Shown piece after piece: positions 1-11,500 of a DNA stretch of 64,000 nucleotides. Numbering within the stretch: position 1 is the stretch's first letter; every line of letters begins with the position of its first letter. A program made the translations under genes and the position numbers. Origin of the DNA: an uncultured delta proteobacterium (GTDB lineage: Bacteria; Desulfobacterota; Binatia; UBA9968); contig CAVWLW010000034.1 of the NCBI GenBank assembly GCA_963755715.1, positions 32,001 to 96,000 on the forward strand, read 5' to 3'. Below the pieces are notes generated by a model. That model saw nothing but the letters and a program-made list of their open reading frames with translations. It had not been told where the DNA came from and made no database searches.

Positions 1-2025
<2,025 letters not shown>

Positions 2026-2074
2026 TCGGAAGTGCGACGTCGATAATGCGGCTGTTCAGACTCGCGGTGCCGCC

Positions 2075-2120
2075 AAAAAATAAAAAACCGCAACGGCCTT
2101 TGGGGAAAGCGCATCACGGG
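2075..2120 (-). terminator. Leader hairpin plus U-tract directly after the kdsB-pyrG promoter (putative attenuator)
   Basis: Minus strand reads CCCGTGATGCGCTTTCCCCAAAGGCCGTTGCGG followed by TTTTTTATTTTTT: a GU-rich stem closed by CCG/CGG. Confidence 0.55.
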
Positions 2121-2125
2121 ATTTC

Positions 2126-2154
2126 AATATACGTGGAGGTGTAATTTGTGTCAA
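2126..2154 (-). promoter_or_regulatory. sigma70-type promoter of kdsB-pyrG
   Basis: TTGACA (2154-2149), 17-nt spacer, TATATT (2131-2126) on the minus strand. Confidence 0.75.
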
Positions 2155-2357
2155 TGAGATTTTGCCGCCGAGCCAAGATAGCTCATCGACACCTGCGTTT
2201 TTTTCAAGTGAATGCAAAGGATTCTGCGTCAAGCAGTGTGAATTGGCCGCATCAGAATCCGGCGCTGGTCGGTCGATGCTTCTGATAGTTTACTGACCGC
2301 CGTGATGAATGCGAGGCGATGCCTCGTTAATCCCTCTAGCGGCTCCGTCAGAGCGAT

Positions 2358-5300
2358 TTAAGAAGGCCGGAGCGACCAATCCGATACACCTTCGTCGCGC
2401 GTCTCTTCAGCCGCCATAACCACGCAGTTGCGACCCAATTCTTTGGCTTGATAGAGCGCCCGGTCCGCCGTGTGCAACAAATCATGATTGGTCCTGCCAT
2501 GGACCGGAAAGTAAGCGATTCCGATCGATACCGTGACGTGACCGATCGCTTGGCCGTCCTCATGCACGTCTATGCGCTCAAGATCGTCTTTTAGTTGAAT
2601 CAAGCGTTGATGCGCGGTGTCAAGGGCGATCTCAGGTAAAATGATGACAAATTCTTCGCCGCCATAGCGGCAAACGATGTCGCTGCCGCGAAATTTTGAC
2701 TTCAAAAGATTGCTCCATTCTCGCAGCACCGCATCGCCGGCGGAATGACCAAAGCGGTCGTTGAGATTTTTGAAATGGTCAAGATCCAACATCGCCACTA
2801 CCAGGGGTTTGCCCGAGCGTTCGGCCCGATTCAATTCACGATCGAGCGAATCTTCCATGTAACGCCGGTTAAACAAGCCGGTCTGTGGGTCGCGGATGCT
2901 TTGATTTCTGAGAGTTTCTCTTAACCGCAAATTGGCCAGAATCAAAGATAGTTGTTCCGTCACCGCCTTCGCTGAGCTGGCAATAATATTCCTGACGCCT
3001 TCGTTCTCATTGTCGTGACGGACGTGGAGTAAAGCCATGATTTCGCCATGAGCGACCATCGGCAAGCACAAACAAGCTTTCATCGGACCTGTGCTTTCCT
3101 CGACATGTTTGCAAATTAACCCACCCGCGTCCGATTCCATGCCGTGCGGCTTATTGCGGCGCAAGGCCCAGCAGTCTTCCGGATCGACGGTCTTTTCGAA
3201 ATCGTAAATCGGGTCGCCCCAGCGTCCGACGGACTCAAGAAAATTGCGCGACGCGGTCATCATATAAAGAGTCCCGCTGGTGTTTTGCAAAAGCAGCGGA
3301 AGGCGTCGACTGATAATTTCGTAGGCCTCTTCCAAACTGCGGCACGACTCCAGCAGCTCGACCATTTCGCTGACCAGTCTCATCTCTTGATTGCGCCGTT
3401 CCAACTCGAGCACCGAACGCTGCAGTTCGTCGTGGGCGTTTTGCAATTCGCTCTCGACCAACCGGCGATGGGAGTTTTCCGTCTGGAGCTCTTTGGTTCG
3501 TTCGGCGACGCGCTGCTCCAAAGTGGCGTTCAACGCCTGGATTTGCTCGGTGCGCTGCTTCACGCGGCGTTCGAGCGTAACGTTGAGCGCGCGGATTTCT
3601 TCTTCGACCAATTTGCGCTCGGTGATATCCACAACCGAAGCCAACACCTGAATGCCGTCCGATGAACCGATCGGATTCAAGCCGATTTCAACTGGAAATT
3701 CGCTGCCGTCCTGCTTCAACGCGAATAGGTCCTGGCCGCGGCCCACGGTGCACGCCTTGGGATTTTTGAAAAACTCGGCGCGAAACTGCTGTTGGGAACC
3801 GCGAAACCGGTGCGGGAGCAACATTTCAACCGAGCGGCCAAGCACATCCTCGCGACGATAACCGAAGAGTTGCTCGATCTGAGTGTTGACGAGGGTGATC
3901 ACGCCCTCTGGATCGACCATCAGCATGCCGTTTGGCGCCGACTCGACGACCAAACGCATTTGCTCCTCGGCCGCCTTCTGTTCGCTGATATCGACATACA
4001 TTGCCCGGGTGCCGATCACCTTGCCTTCGTCGTTCGTGATTGGATAACCTCGCACCAAGGCTGGGATGAAACGTCCATCCTGGGTAACCAGTTCTCGTCC
4101 ACCCGAAATGATTTTTCCAGCCATCACGTCGCGGTACCCGTTGGCGCCCAACAAGCGTAGTCGCGACTCGGGAGAGTGAAACTCGGCAAGCGAATGACCG
4201 ATGACGTTTTTGCGCTCAAACTTGAGCGTGACCAGGAACAACTCGTTACAGTCGGTGATTATCGGCGTGCCTTTTTCATCGCGGGTGGTAACATACATCG
4301 CGGGCGCGGAATCAAAAAGCTCCCGATAATGTCTTTCGGCATTTTGCATGAGCGCCAAGGCGCGATCGCGCATTCTCAAATAAACGATTAGCGCGGCCGT
4401 GATCAAGCCACCGATCAACATGATCCCGACGACGTTCCACAGGCTCTCCGTAGAGGAAACCGTGGAACTGGGCCGCACGACAAACAGCAATTGGCGCCCG
4501 CCGAGCTCGGTTTGCGACGCTTGATTGGAGGACGTTTGCAACTGCGCCAGTTTGTCGGCGCTTACCGCCGGTAAAGATTCGTTCGCCGGGACCGGCCAAG
4601 CCACCGAAGACGCCAGGAACAACGGCTCATCTTCATCCGTCACATCAAAGAGATAGACTTCTCGTTGTCCCTGCGAGCCACCGTCTACAGAGCTTGCGAG
4701 AAAAGCAGCGAGCGGAATTTCGCTACGAATATAACCGAGGAGATGCTCGCGGCGCGCTGCCAAAGAGCTGCTCTCCATCTGATTTTGATAGACCGGGTTG
4801 TAAAGAAAAAGTTGCGGCGCCTGATTTTTTTTGGGCGGCCATGGGCCGGAGAGCGTGGCGGTGAGGCGACCGCTGTCGCGGATGGAATTCAGCACCGCCA
4901 AAACGTCCGGAATCGAACCGAGATCGAATCCCGAATCACCTTCGGCTTCGCCCCGAGGCTCGGTGTAGAGAATAGGATAATACTCCGGCCGCTTTTCCGC
5001 CGTGAGCCGCTGGCCGAGCGCGGTCCGCTCAAAAATCGCAAATTCCGGCATGCCATCGCGCCGCGCCACCTCTTCGAAGGACTTGCGCTCGTCGAGCTTG
5101 ATTCGCGGTATCCATTGAAGCGCCAGCCGCAACTTGTCGTCCTCACCGATGCGCAGGACAAATTTGCGAAAATCGTTATGGCGGACATTTTCCGCGGCGA
5201 CTAAAAGTCCTTCGACCGCCTGCATTTGCATGGCCGCCCGCTCGATGCTGCGCTCGAATTGACGCGCTACCTGTTGTGTGTCCTGGCGCAACCGCTCCGC

Positions 5301-5993
5301 CGTCGCGAGAGTTTTGTTTTGCCAGACGATATAAGAAACGACCAGCGACAGACCCAGCCAAACGGTGGTCAGCGGAAAAACAATCGGCTCGAAGACGTTG
5401 CGCTGACGCCATGTCAAGATAATCACCATCAGAAGCGGCGTGAGCGTCAGGATGCCGGCGTAGTCGCTCACCCACCATATCGCCCAAATCGGCACCGAGT
5501 CTTTCCAGCTGATAAAGCCGCCATACTTGAGGCTCACCACGGCAACCGACGGCGAGAGAATAGAGGCGAGCGCCGTGAGCGCGATGAAAAAAATAATATC
5601 ACGACCCGTGCTCGGGGTTCGGCGCCCACCATCGGCTTGATGGTGAACGGAAAGATACGGCACGTATTTCCGAATCAGCAGCGTCGCCGCTAACATTTCC
5701 AGAGTACAACCGCTCGCCAGCGCCGCCGCCGTAAGCGGCGCAGCCGGACCGAACAATAGAGTATAATTGACGATCAACGAGCCCAGCCACACACCCACGC
5801 CGGCGCGGTAGCCAATGACTAAACCCGCTGCAAGAGCGATCGCCGCAGGCGACCATAATGGCGTACCGCCGCCCTCGGGAAGCGAGATATGCGGCGTAAT
5901 CTGGCCGCTAAGAGCGTAGAGGCCGGCGATTACGAACGCCTCCGCGATGACTCTTAAGGGCAGTCTATTAAAAAAGTTTTTCATTCCGTTCAA
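2358..5993 (-). CDS. Membrane-bound diguanylate cyclase (MASE1-CHASE-PAS-PAS-GAF-GGDEF)
   Basis: N-terminal multi-TM MASE1-like region, CHASE motif (EYYPILYTEP...GFDLGS), two PAS/PAC units, GAF-like CWALRR segment, DLDHFK...RGSDIVCRYGGEEF with an intact RxxD I-site. Confidence 0.92.
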   Translation of the reverse strand: MNGMKNFFNRLPLRVIAEAFVIAGLYALSGQITPHISLPEGGGTPLWSPAAIALAAGLVIGYRAGVGVWLGSLIVNYTLLFGPAAPLTAAALASGCTLEMLAATLLIRKYVPYLSVHHQADGGRRTPSTGRDIIFFIALTALASILSPSVAVVSLKYGGFISWKDSVPIWAIWWVSDYAGILTLTPLLMVIILTWRQRNVFEPIVFPLTTVWLGLSLVVSYIVWQNKTLATAERLRQDTQQVARQFERSIERAAMQMQAVEGLLVAAENVRHNDFRKFVLRIGEDDKLRLALQWIPRIKLDERKSFEEVARRDGMPEFAIFERTALGQRLTAEKRPEYYPILYTEPRGEAEGDSGFDLGSIPDVLAVLNSIRDSGRLTATLSGPWPPKKNQAPQLFLYNPVYQNQMESSSLAARREHLLGYIRSEIPLAAFLASSVDGGSQGQREVYLFDVTDEDEPLFLASSVAWPVPANESLPAVSADKLAQLQTSSNQASQTELGGRQLLFVVRPSSTVSSTESLWNVVGIMLIGGLITAALIVYLRMRDRALALMQNAERHYRELFDSAPAMYVTTRDEKGTPIITDCNELFLVTLKFERKNVIGHSLAEFHSPESRLRLLGANGYRDVMAGKIISGGRELVTQDGRFIPALVRGYPITNDEGKVIGTRAMYVDISEQKAAEEQMRLVVESAPNGMLMVDPEGVITLVNTQIEQLFGYRREDVLGRSVEMLLPHRFRGSQQQFRAEFFKNPKACTVGRGQDLFALKQDGSEFPVEIGLNPIGSSDGIQVLASVVDITERKLVEEEIRALNVTLERRVKQRTEQIQALNATLEQRVAERTKELQTENSHRRLVESELQNAHDELQRSVLELERRNQEMRLVSEMVELLESCRSLEEAYEIISRRLPLLLQNTSGTLYMMTASRNFLESVGRWGDPIYDFEKTVDPEDCWALRRNKPHGMESDAGGLICKHVEESTGPMKACLCLPMVAHGEIMALLHVRHDNENEGVRNIIASSAKAVTEQLSLILANLRLRETLRNQSIRDPQTGLFNRRYMEDSLDRELNRAERSGKPLVVAMLDLDHFKNLNDRFGHSAGDAVLREWSNLLKSKFRGSDIVCRYGGEEFVIILPEIALDTAHQRLIQLKDDLERIDVHEDGQAIGHVTVSIGIAYFPVHGRTNHDLLHTADRALYQAKELGRNCVVMAAEETRDEGVSDWSLRPS

Positions 5994-6649
5994 AAATTGG
6001 CGAACTTGTCCTATCTTTTACCCGAAGCGTCCACAGATACAGGTTTTTGTCGAGATCGAAAATTGGCAGCGACAATTGAAAATGTGGAGAAAGATATTGA
6101 GCGCGCTTACAACCATATCTTAGCGCCCTTTGGGGGTTGGTGTACTCAGAAAAATCTTAGCGCCACGCGAGAATTATGATCAATTATCTGCTCAATTTGA
6201 AACTTGTCAACGGAGGCGGAAAGTTCTCAGTTAATCTACAGGTCGCTGGGCGCCCAATAACGGAGAAAAGTGTGTCAATACGTCAACAATTCGCAAATTC
6301 GGTGCACAAAATTTTCGTCTTCGCGAGCGCAGCCAAAGCAGCGTCACATTGTCGGGTGGGAGCGCCAGCAAAAAGCCGATTTTCACCGTGATGCAGTAAA
6401 GTCAGGCAACTTGTAGCCGTCTTGATGACCGGGCTAGTGATGACATCGAAGTCTTTATCATGGCGCGTTAAGCGCACCGTTGTGGGATTTCATTTGGGAG
6501 CTGGGATGACTCTTGATGTCTCTTTGGAATAGTCTGTCGAAACTCTTGACTCCTGACCGCCGTCACGTGTTAGGAGGTACTCTAGATGATCGACGGACAG
6601 TCGGCAGCGCAACAACTAAACTCGATAGAGATTGTTTTGGAGAATCACG

Positions 6650-7576
6650 ATGACAGCAACAACACCGCTCGCCGCCGGCTTTGCCACCATTGGGCAAGGA
6701 GCGGGGCCGATGATGGTGACTTGGAAAGCCGGGCTCTTTGCCAAGCACGGTTTGGACATCACGCGTCCGCGCCTCATGGGCAGCGCCAAGGGCGTCGTGC
6801 GCGGGCTGATGGCGGGCGAGATCCAGTTCGGCAATCTGGCCGCACCGGCGCCGCTCAGGGCAGATCTCAAGGGCGAGGCGGATGTCGTGTTTTTGACCGG
6901 TGGAATCAACCAGCAATTCGTCATCGGTCGTCCCGGTTTAAATAGCCGTATGGAACTAGCGGGAAAAAAAATCGGCACGGTTGCCGACGGCGGCATCGGC
7001 GATGCACTGGTGAAGTTCGTCATCGCAAAATTGTCCGCAGCTGGAATTAAGGGACTACGCGAAGAACCGATACCACATGGCGCTGCAGCCGAACTCGAAG
7101 CCCTGCTCAACGGCACAGTCGACGCCGTCGTCGGCACGCCGCCGGAGTGCATCGACGCGATCCGGCATGGCTGCAAATATCTGATCGATTTCGCCGAGTA
7201 CGGCCTCAACTACGCGCTCGGCGGCATCGCCGCGCGGCGCGATTATATCGAAAACAATCCCGAGATCACGCGCAAATTCGTGACAGCCTACGTAGAGGGC
7301 ATGCACCGCTACCGCACCGACCGTGAGTTCACCATCGACGTCCAGGCCGATTATAGCGGCATTGCCGACCGAACGATCGCGGCGGAAACCTATGATCTCA
7401 CCCAACCGGGCATGCCGCGCGCGCCTTATCCCGTGGTCGCTTCACTGCAAACTCTGCTCGATTTCATGGCCAACGAGTTGCCGGAGGCGAAGGGTGTCGA
7501 CGCGCAAAGATTTGTCGACGATCGCTTTATCCGCGAGCTCGAAGACAATGGCTTTATCGATTCGTTGACAAGATAG
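6650..7576 (+). CDS. NMT1/THI5/SsuA-like solute-binding-fold protein
   Basis: GLFAKHGLDI, LAGKKIG, ALLNGTVDA, ARRDYIENNPEITRKFVTAYVEG and FVDDRF fit the NMT1/TauA family; GGAGA precedes ATG 6650. Confidence 0.8.
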   Translation: MTATTPLAAGFATIGQGAGPMMVTWKAGLFAKHGLDITRPRLMGSAKGVVRGLMAGEIQFGNLAAPAPLRADLKGEADVVFLTGGINQQFVIGRPGLNSRMELAGKKIGTVADGGIGDALVKFVIAKLSAAGIKGLREEPIPHGAAAELEALLNGTVDAVVGTPPECIDAIRHGCKYLIDFAEYGLNYALGGIAARRDYIENNPEITRKFVTAYVEGMHRYRTDREFTIDVQADYSGIADRTIAAETYDLTQPGMPRAPYPVVASLQTLLDFMANELPEAKGVDAQRFVDDRFIRELEDNGFIDSLTR

Positions 7577-7590
7577 AGGCGCTTTAGCGC

Positions 7591-8607
7591 ATGACTGGAC
7601 GAAAGACTCGACTGCATTTTTGGCTTGCCGTTGTGTTCTTTGCTGCCGCTCCACCGGCTCCCATTATGGCCGCCAGCCAGGACGGCCTGCTCGAAGCCGC
7701 CAGACGCGAAGGCGAGCTGGTTTATTATGCGTCGATGAATGTCGCCGAAGCCAACGCCGTGATCGGCGCCTTTGAAAAGCGCTATCCGTTTATCAAAGTT
7801 AAGCTCAACCGCATCGGCAGTGAGAAACTTTTGACGCGTGTTTTGACAGAGGCGCGCGCCAAGAAAATTTTCGCGGACGTCATTCAGACCGTGGAATTCA
7901 GCATGCACATTTTCAGTCGCAGCGGGATACTGGCTCGCTACACGCCGCAAGCCAATTCGATTTATCCCAAGGAATTTAAAGAGGAGGGATTTTGGACGAC
8001 GGTTTACTACAACGCCTACGTGACCGCCTACAACACCCGACTCGTGACGGCGCGCGCCCTGCCGAAATCTTACGACGACCTGCTCGATCCCAAGTGGAAA
8101 GGCGCATTAATGATGGAGGGAACCAAGGCGGATTGGTTCGCCGGCATGCTGCAGATCATGGGCCAGGAGCGCGGCCTAAAATACATGCGCGCGCTTGCCA
8201 AGCAGCAACCGAGCCCGCGCGAGGGTCATGAATTGTTGGCGCAGCTGATTGTCGCCGGGGAAGGCCTTTTCGATATCAATATTCCCGCGGCGTCGGTGGA
8301 GCGAATGAAAGAGCGCGGCGCGCCCATCGAGTGGACGGCTTTAGGCGAAGTGCCGGCGATCATGGTCGGCATCGGTTTGTCGGCCCAGGCGCCTCATGCG
8401 AACGCGGCGAAAGTGTTTTTGGATTTCGTGCTTTCGCGCGAAGGTCAAAAGCTGATGCAAACTCCCGGACGCCTCATCGCCCGCGGCGATCTGGCCAATG
8501 AGCAAGCCGCCATGCTCAAAGGACTGAAGATTGTTCCGGTCGACCCCGCGCTGGCGGAAAAGTTAGACGAATATGCCAAACAGCTGCGCTCGATCTTTGG
8601 TGGATAA
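7591..8607 (+). CDS. Extracellular solute-binding protein (Fe3+/thiamine/AfuA-like family)
   Basis: Signal peptide, AARREGELVYY, PKSYDDLLDPKWKG, APHANAAKVFLDFVLSREGQ. Confidence 0.88.
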   Translation: MTGRKTRLHFWLAVVFFAAAPPAPIMAASQDGLLEAARREGELVYYASMNVAEANAVIGAFEKRYPFIKVKLNRIGSEKLLTRVLTEARAKKIFADVIQTVEFSMHIFSRSGILARYTPQANSIYPKEFKEEGFWTTVYYNAYVTAYNTRLVTARALPKSYDDLLDPKWKGALMMEGTKADWFAGMLQIMGQERGLKYMRALAKQQPSPREGHELLAQLIVAGEGLFDINIPAASVERMKERGAPIEWTALGEVPAIMVGIGLSAQAPHANAAKVFLDFVLSREGQKLMQTPGRLIARGDLANEQAAMLKGLKIVPVDPALAEKLDEYAKQLRSIFGG

Positions 8608-8663
8608 CAGTGAAATCTTAGCATAGGTCCCATTTATTCTACTCTCAGTTAAGGAGCTAAACC

Positions 8664-9437
8664 ATGCGCTTTATGTTCTTGAATCACTCCTATAAACGCC
8701 ATTCGCCGGAGCTCGAGAGTCATATTGCCCAACTGCTCAAGAGCTACGCTTCGCCGGACACCTCTTTCGAGCTAGCTTATCCGGAAGATCTCGGCGGCGG
8801 CGAAGTCTTAAGCCTGCTCGAAGAGCGCAAAGCGCTCTCCGGATTGCATCACATTCTCGAAACCCCGGCGCTGGTCAAAAAAGCGATCGAAGCGGAGCAG
8901 CGCGGTTTCGATGCGGTGATTCAGAGCAACACCTTCGACCCCGGCGTGGAAGCGAGCCGCTTGGCCGTGCGCATGCCGGTAATCGGCCTTTTGCGCGCTT
9001 CGCTGCACTTTACCGCGAGTATTTGTGACCGTTTCGGCCTGATCGTACCGCTGGAAACCCATATGCCGCACACCATGAGACTCGTGCAAAGCTATGGTAT
9101 GAAGTCCTTCGTCAGCGGCATTCGCACCGTCGCTCTGTACGACACCGGTGATCTTTCCGGCTATCATGATGTCGTCGTCGAGCGTACGCTCGCGGTCGGC
9201 AAAGAACTGGTCGAGCAGGGCGCCGAGGCGATTATTCCGCTGGGCGGAAAAATTTATCCTTATGTCGTCACTCCCGAAGAGCTGGAGCCCCAGCTGGGCG
9301 TGCCGGTAATCAACACCAAAGCGGTCGGCGTGAGTTATGCCGAGCTCATGGCGCGCAATAAAATCAAGCACAGCCTAAAGGCTTATCCTTGTCCTACGGG
9401 ACTGAACCCCGAAGCAGTGTCGCAGCGCGCGAAATGA
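8664..9437 (+). CDS. Asp/Glu/hydantoin racemase family protein lacking both canonical Cys
   Basis: GFDAVIQSNTFDPGVEASR, GAEAIIPLGG, LGVPVIN and HSLKAYP match the hydantoin racemase pattern; AAGGAG SD. Confidence 0.75.
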   Translation: MRFMFLNHSYKRHSPELESHIAQLLKSYASPDTSFELAYPEDLGGGEVLSLLEERKALSGLHHILETPALVKKAIEAEQRGFDAVIQSNTFDPGVEASRLAVRMPVIGLLRASLHFTASICDRFGLIVPLETHMPHTMRLVQSYGMKSFVSGIRTVALYDTGDLSGYHDVVVERTLAVGKELVEQGAEAIIPLGGKIYPYVVTPEELEPQLGVPVINTKAVGVSYAELMARNKIKHSLKAYPCPTGLNPEAVSQRAK

Positions 9438-9550
9438 ATTGTGCACCGGCGCCTACGGTTGAAAATCGCGACAAAAATGGAAAAGGTAGAGACTGATTGA
9501 ATCCGGCATTGACTGTTAGCGAATGATGATTTTGCAGAAAGGTTTGAGCT

Positions 9551-10644
9551 ATGATTATCGACGGTGACGGTCATTTTTTTGAGACCGAAGAAATATTCGA
9601 GAAATACATGGAGCCAGGTCTGCGCAACTATCGGCCCCGACTCCTCGGCGATGAACAAGGACATAATTTTTGGGTCATCGACGGTCAGACTTCCTATAAA
9701 AGACCGACGATCAAGGGTGCCGGCGCGCCGGGAACCGCCGCCCCTCCGGGGAAAGCGTTGCAGTCGGCGCGGCGCGCTTCTCCAGGCAGTCAGACGCTGA
9801 CCAATCTCAAAGAGCGTTTGGACGACCTCGACCGGAAGCCATCGACGTGCAGTTTATCTATCCGAGCTTTCTTCTGCACGCCAACGCCTGGCCTGACGGC
9901 GTATTAGCCAACGCCGTTTGCCGCGCCTACAACACCTGGCTGAACGAAACTTGCAATCAAGCTTCGAACCGACTTAAGGGCGTCGGCGTCGTATCATTGC
10001 TGGATCCTGAAGGTGCAGCCAAAGAAATCACCCGCCTACACGACATGGGCGTGAGGGCAGTAATGATCAACGGCACGGCGGGCGCCCGGCGCCTCGATCA
10101 TCCCGCGCACGAGGCGTTCTTCGCCGAAGCGGATCGGGTAAAGATGCCGATCGCCGTGCACTTCAGTCTGCAGTTCCCCTTTGTCGATACCTTGTTCGAA
10201 CACCACTTTCCCAATCGCGTCCTGGCGGGCATCTTTCCGATCATGGCTGGGCTCACGAGCGTGCTTTGCTCAGGCCTTTTGGATCGATATAAGAATTTGA
10301 AATTTGCCTTTCTCGAGGGCGGTATCAGTTGGGTTCCCGCGCATGTCGAGCGCATGGACGACCACTTTGACAATCCGCGCTATGGCGCCAGGGATCTGAT
10401 CAGCCATCCGCCCAGTGACTATCTTAAAACCGGCCGGGTATTTTTCGGCTGCGAAGGCAACGAACCGCCCCTCGGCAAGATCGTCGAAGAAGTCGGCGAA
10501 GACCTTTTCATGTTTTCGTCCGACTACCCGCACGCCGACCGCACGGAAGGAACCGCAAGAGTTTTGCGCGATCGCGATGACATCCCCGCTCACGTCCGAA
10601 AAAAACTGCTGGACGAGAACGCGCGTCGATTTTACGGGCTCTAG
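9551..10644 (+). CDS. Amidohydrolase_2 family protein (frameshift near 9840)
   Basis: IIDGDGH start joined to RAYNTWL, FLEGGISW, SSDYPHAD and NARRFYGL; two ORFs in adjacent frames. Confidence 0.85.
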
Positions 10645-10671
10645 TCGACCGCTTCAACGAGATGGGAATCA

Positions 10672-10706
10672 TTGAGCTATGCCGCAGCCGTGACGGCATA
10701 GCTCAA
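10672..10706. terminator. 13-bp perfect inverted repeat after the amidohydrolase
   Basis: TTGAGCTATGCCG-9 nt-CGGCATAGCTCAA. Confidence 0.5.
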
Positions 10707-10799
10707 ACCGAATTTCATTGCCTTGTGTTTCGGGAATTTCCGTGGTCATTTGAATTAAATTTCGATCTCAACGTCTAAACTGCGAAAGGAGGTGATACG

Positions 10800-11072
10800 A
10801 TGAACGCAATCAAAGTACTCGTTGTCGCGTTGACTATTCTTGGGTTCAGCACCGTCAGCTTTGCCCAGGCGACGCCCGCCACACCCGCAAAGCCAGCGAC
10901 TCCCCCCGCCACGGAAAAGAAGAGCGAGAAGGCGATGGAGAAATCGGCCGAGAAGCCAGACGACACCAAAGCAAAGGCTAAGGCCAAGGGCAAGACCAAG
11001 AAATCAACCAAAAAGGCAACCGACAACACGGACGAGAAAAAAAGCGATTCCATGGATAAAAAGACCAAGTAA
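10800..11072 (+). CDS. Small secreted Lys/Ala/Thr-rich low-complexity protein
   Basis: SD AAAGGAGGTGAT, Sec signal peptide ending SFA-Q, mature part PATPAKPATPP...KAKAKAKGKTKK. Confidence 0.8.
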   Translation: MNAIKVLVVALTILGFSTVSFAQATPATPAKPATPPATEKKSEKAMEKSAEKPDDTKAKAKAKGKTKKSTKKATDNTDEKKSDSMDKKTK

Positions 11073-11093
11073 TCTTCCCTGAAGCGCCGCGTA

Positions 11094-11130
11094 AAAAAGG
11101 GGTAATCGATAAAATCGATTACCCCTTTTT
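11094..11130 (+). terminator. Intrinsic terminator (possibly bidirectional)
   Basis: AAAAAGGGGTAATCGAT-AAA-ATCGATTACCCCTTTTT. Confidence 0.8.
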
Positions 11131-11243
11131 GTTTATTGGTGGATAAGAGCGTTCCGGTGCGGAACACTTGCTTGATTTAGCCTACTCGCTCGATTACACT
11201 TTTTTTAATCGGCGCAAGTTCTTGGTGATAAGGAGGAGTGGAG

Positions 11244-11426
11244 ATGGACCTGCCGAAATGCCAGAAATGCAACAACGGACTGTTGATTCCTCTCTCGGAC
11301 TACGGTCAAGAAGGCGCTTCAGTGATGTATAAAGCCTGGGCGTGCACCAATCCGGACTGCGGGTTCTCGATCCGAATCGACAAAGGCGAGGTAACTTACG
11401 GGAAAAGAATCGAGCCGAAGCACTGA
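11244..11426 (+). CDS. Small putative Zn-ribbon protein
   Basis: CQKC...CTNPDC; AGGAGGAG SD region; start is GTG 11238 or ATG 11244. Confidence 0.7.
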   Translation: MDLPKCQKCNNGLLIPLSDYGQEGASVMYKAWACTNPDCGFSIRIDKGEVTYGKRIEPKH

Positions 11427-11500
11427 CACGCCGATCGTAAAGTCTAAAATACTCTCAAATCGGGACATTTTCACTCCAAAGACTCCAAAACCTTCCAACC

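Noticed and set aside
5995-6580. Possible c-di-GMP or other riboswitch in the long intergenic region next to the diguanylate cyclase
   Set aside because: I could not find the c-di-GMP-I signature or another recognisable aptamer by eye; an Rfam scan would settle it. The short ORFs here have no recognisable motifs.
6586-6945. ORF with a strong AGGAGG SD overlapping the SBP-fold gene
   Set aside because: Product is not protein-like after the first ~20 codons; it may be the true start of the SBP gene displaced by an indel, so it is not called separately.
10775-11167. Hydrophobic 130-aa minus-strand ORF
   Set aside because: Mirror of the Lys-rich plus-strand gene, which has the SD, signal peptide and terminator.
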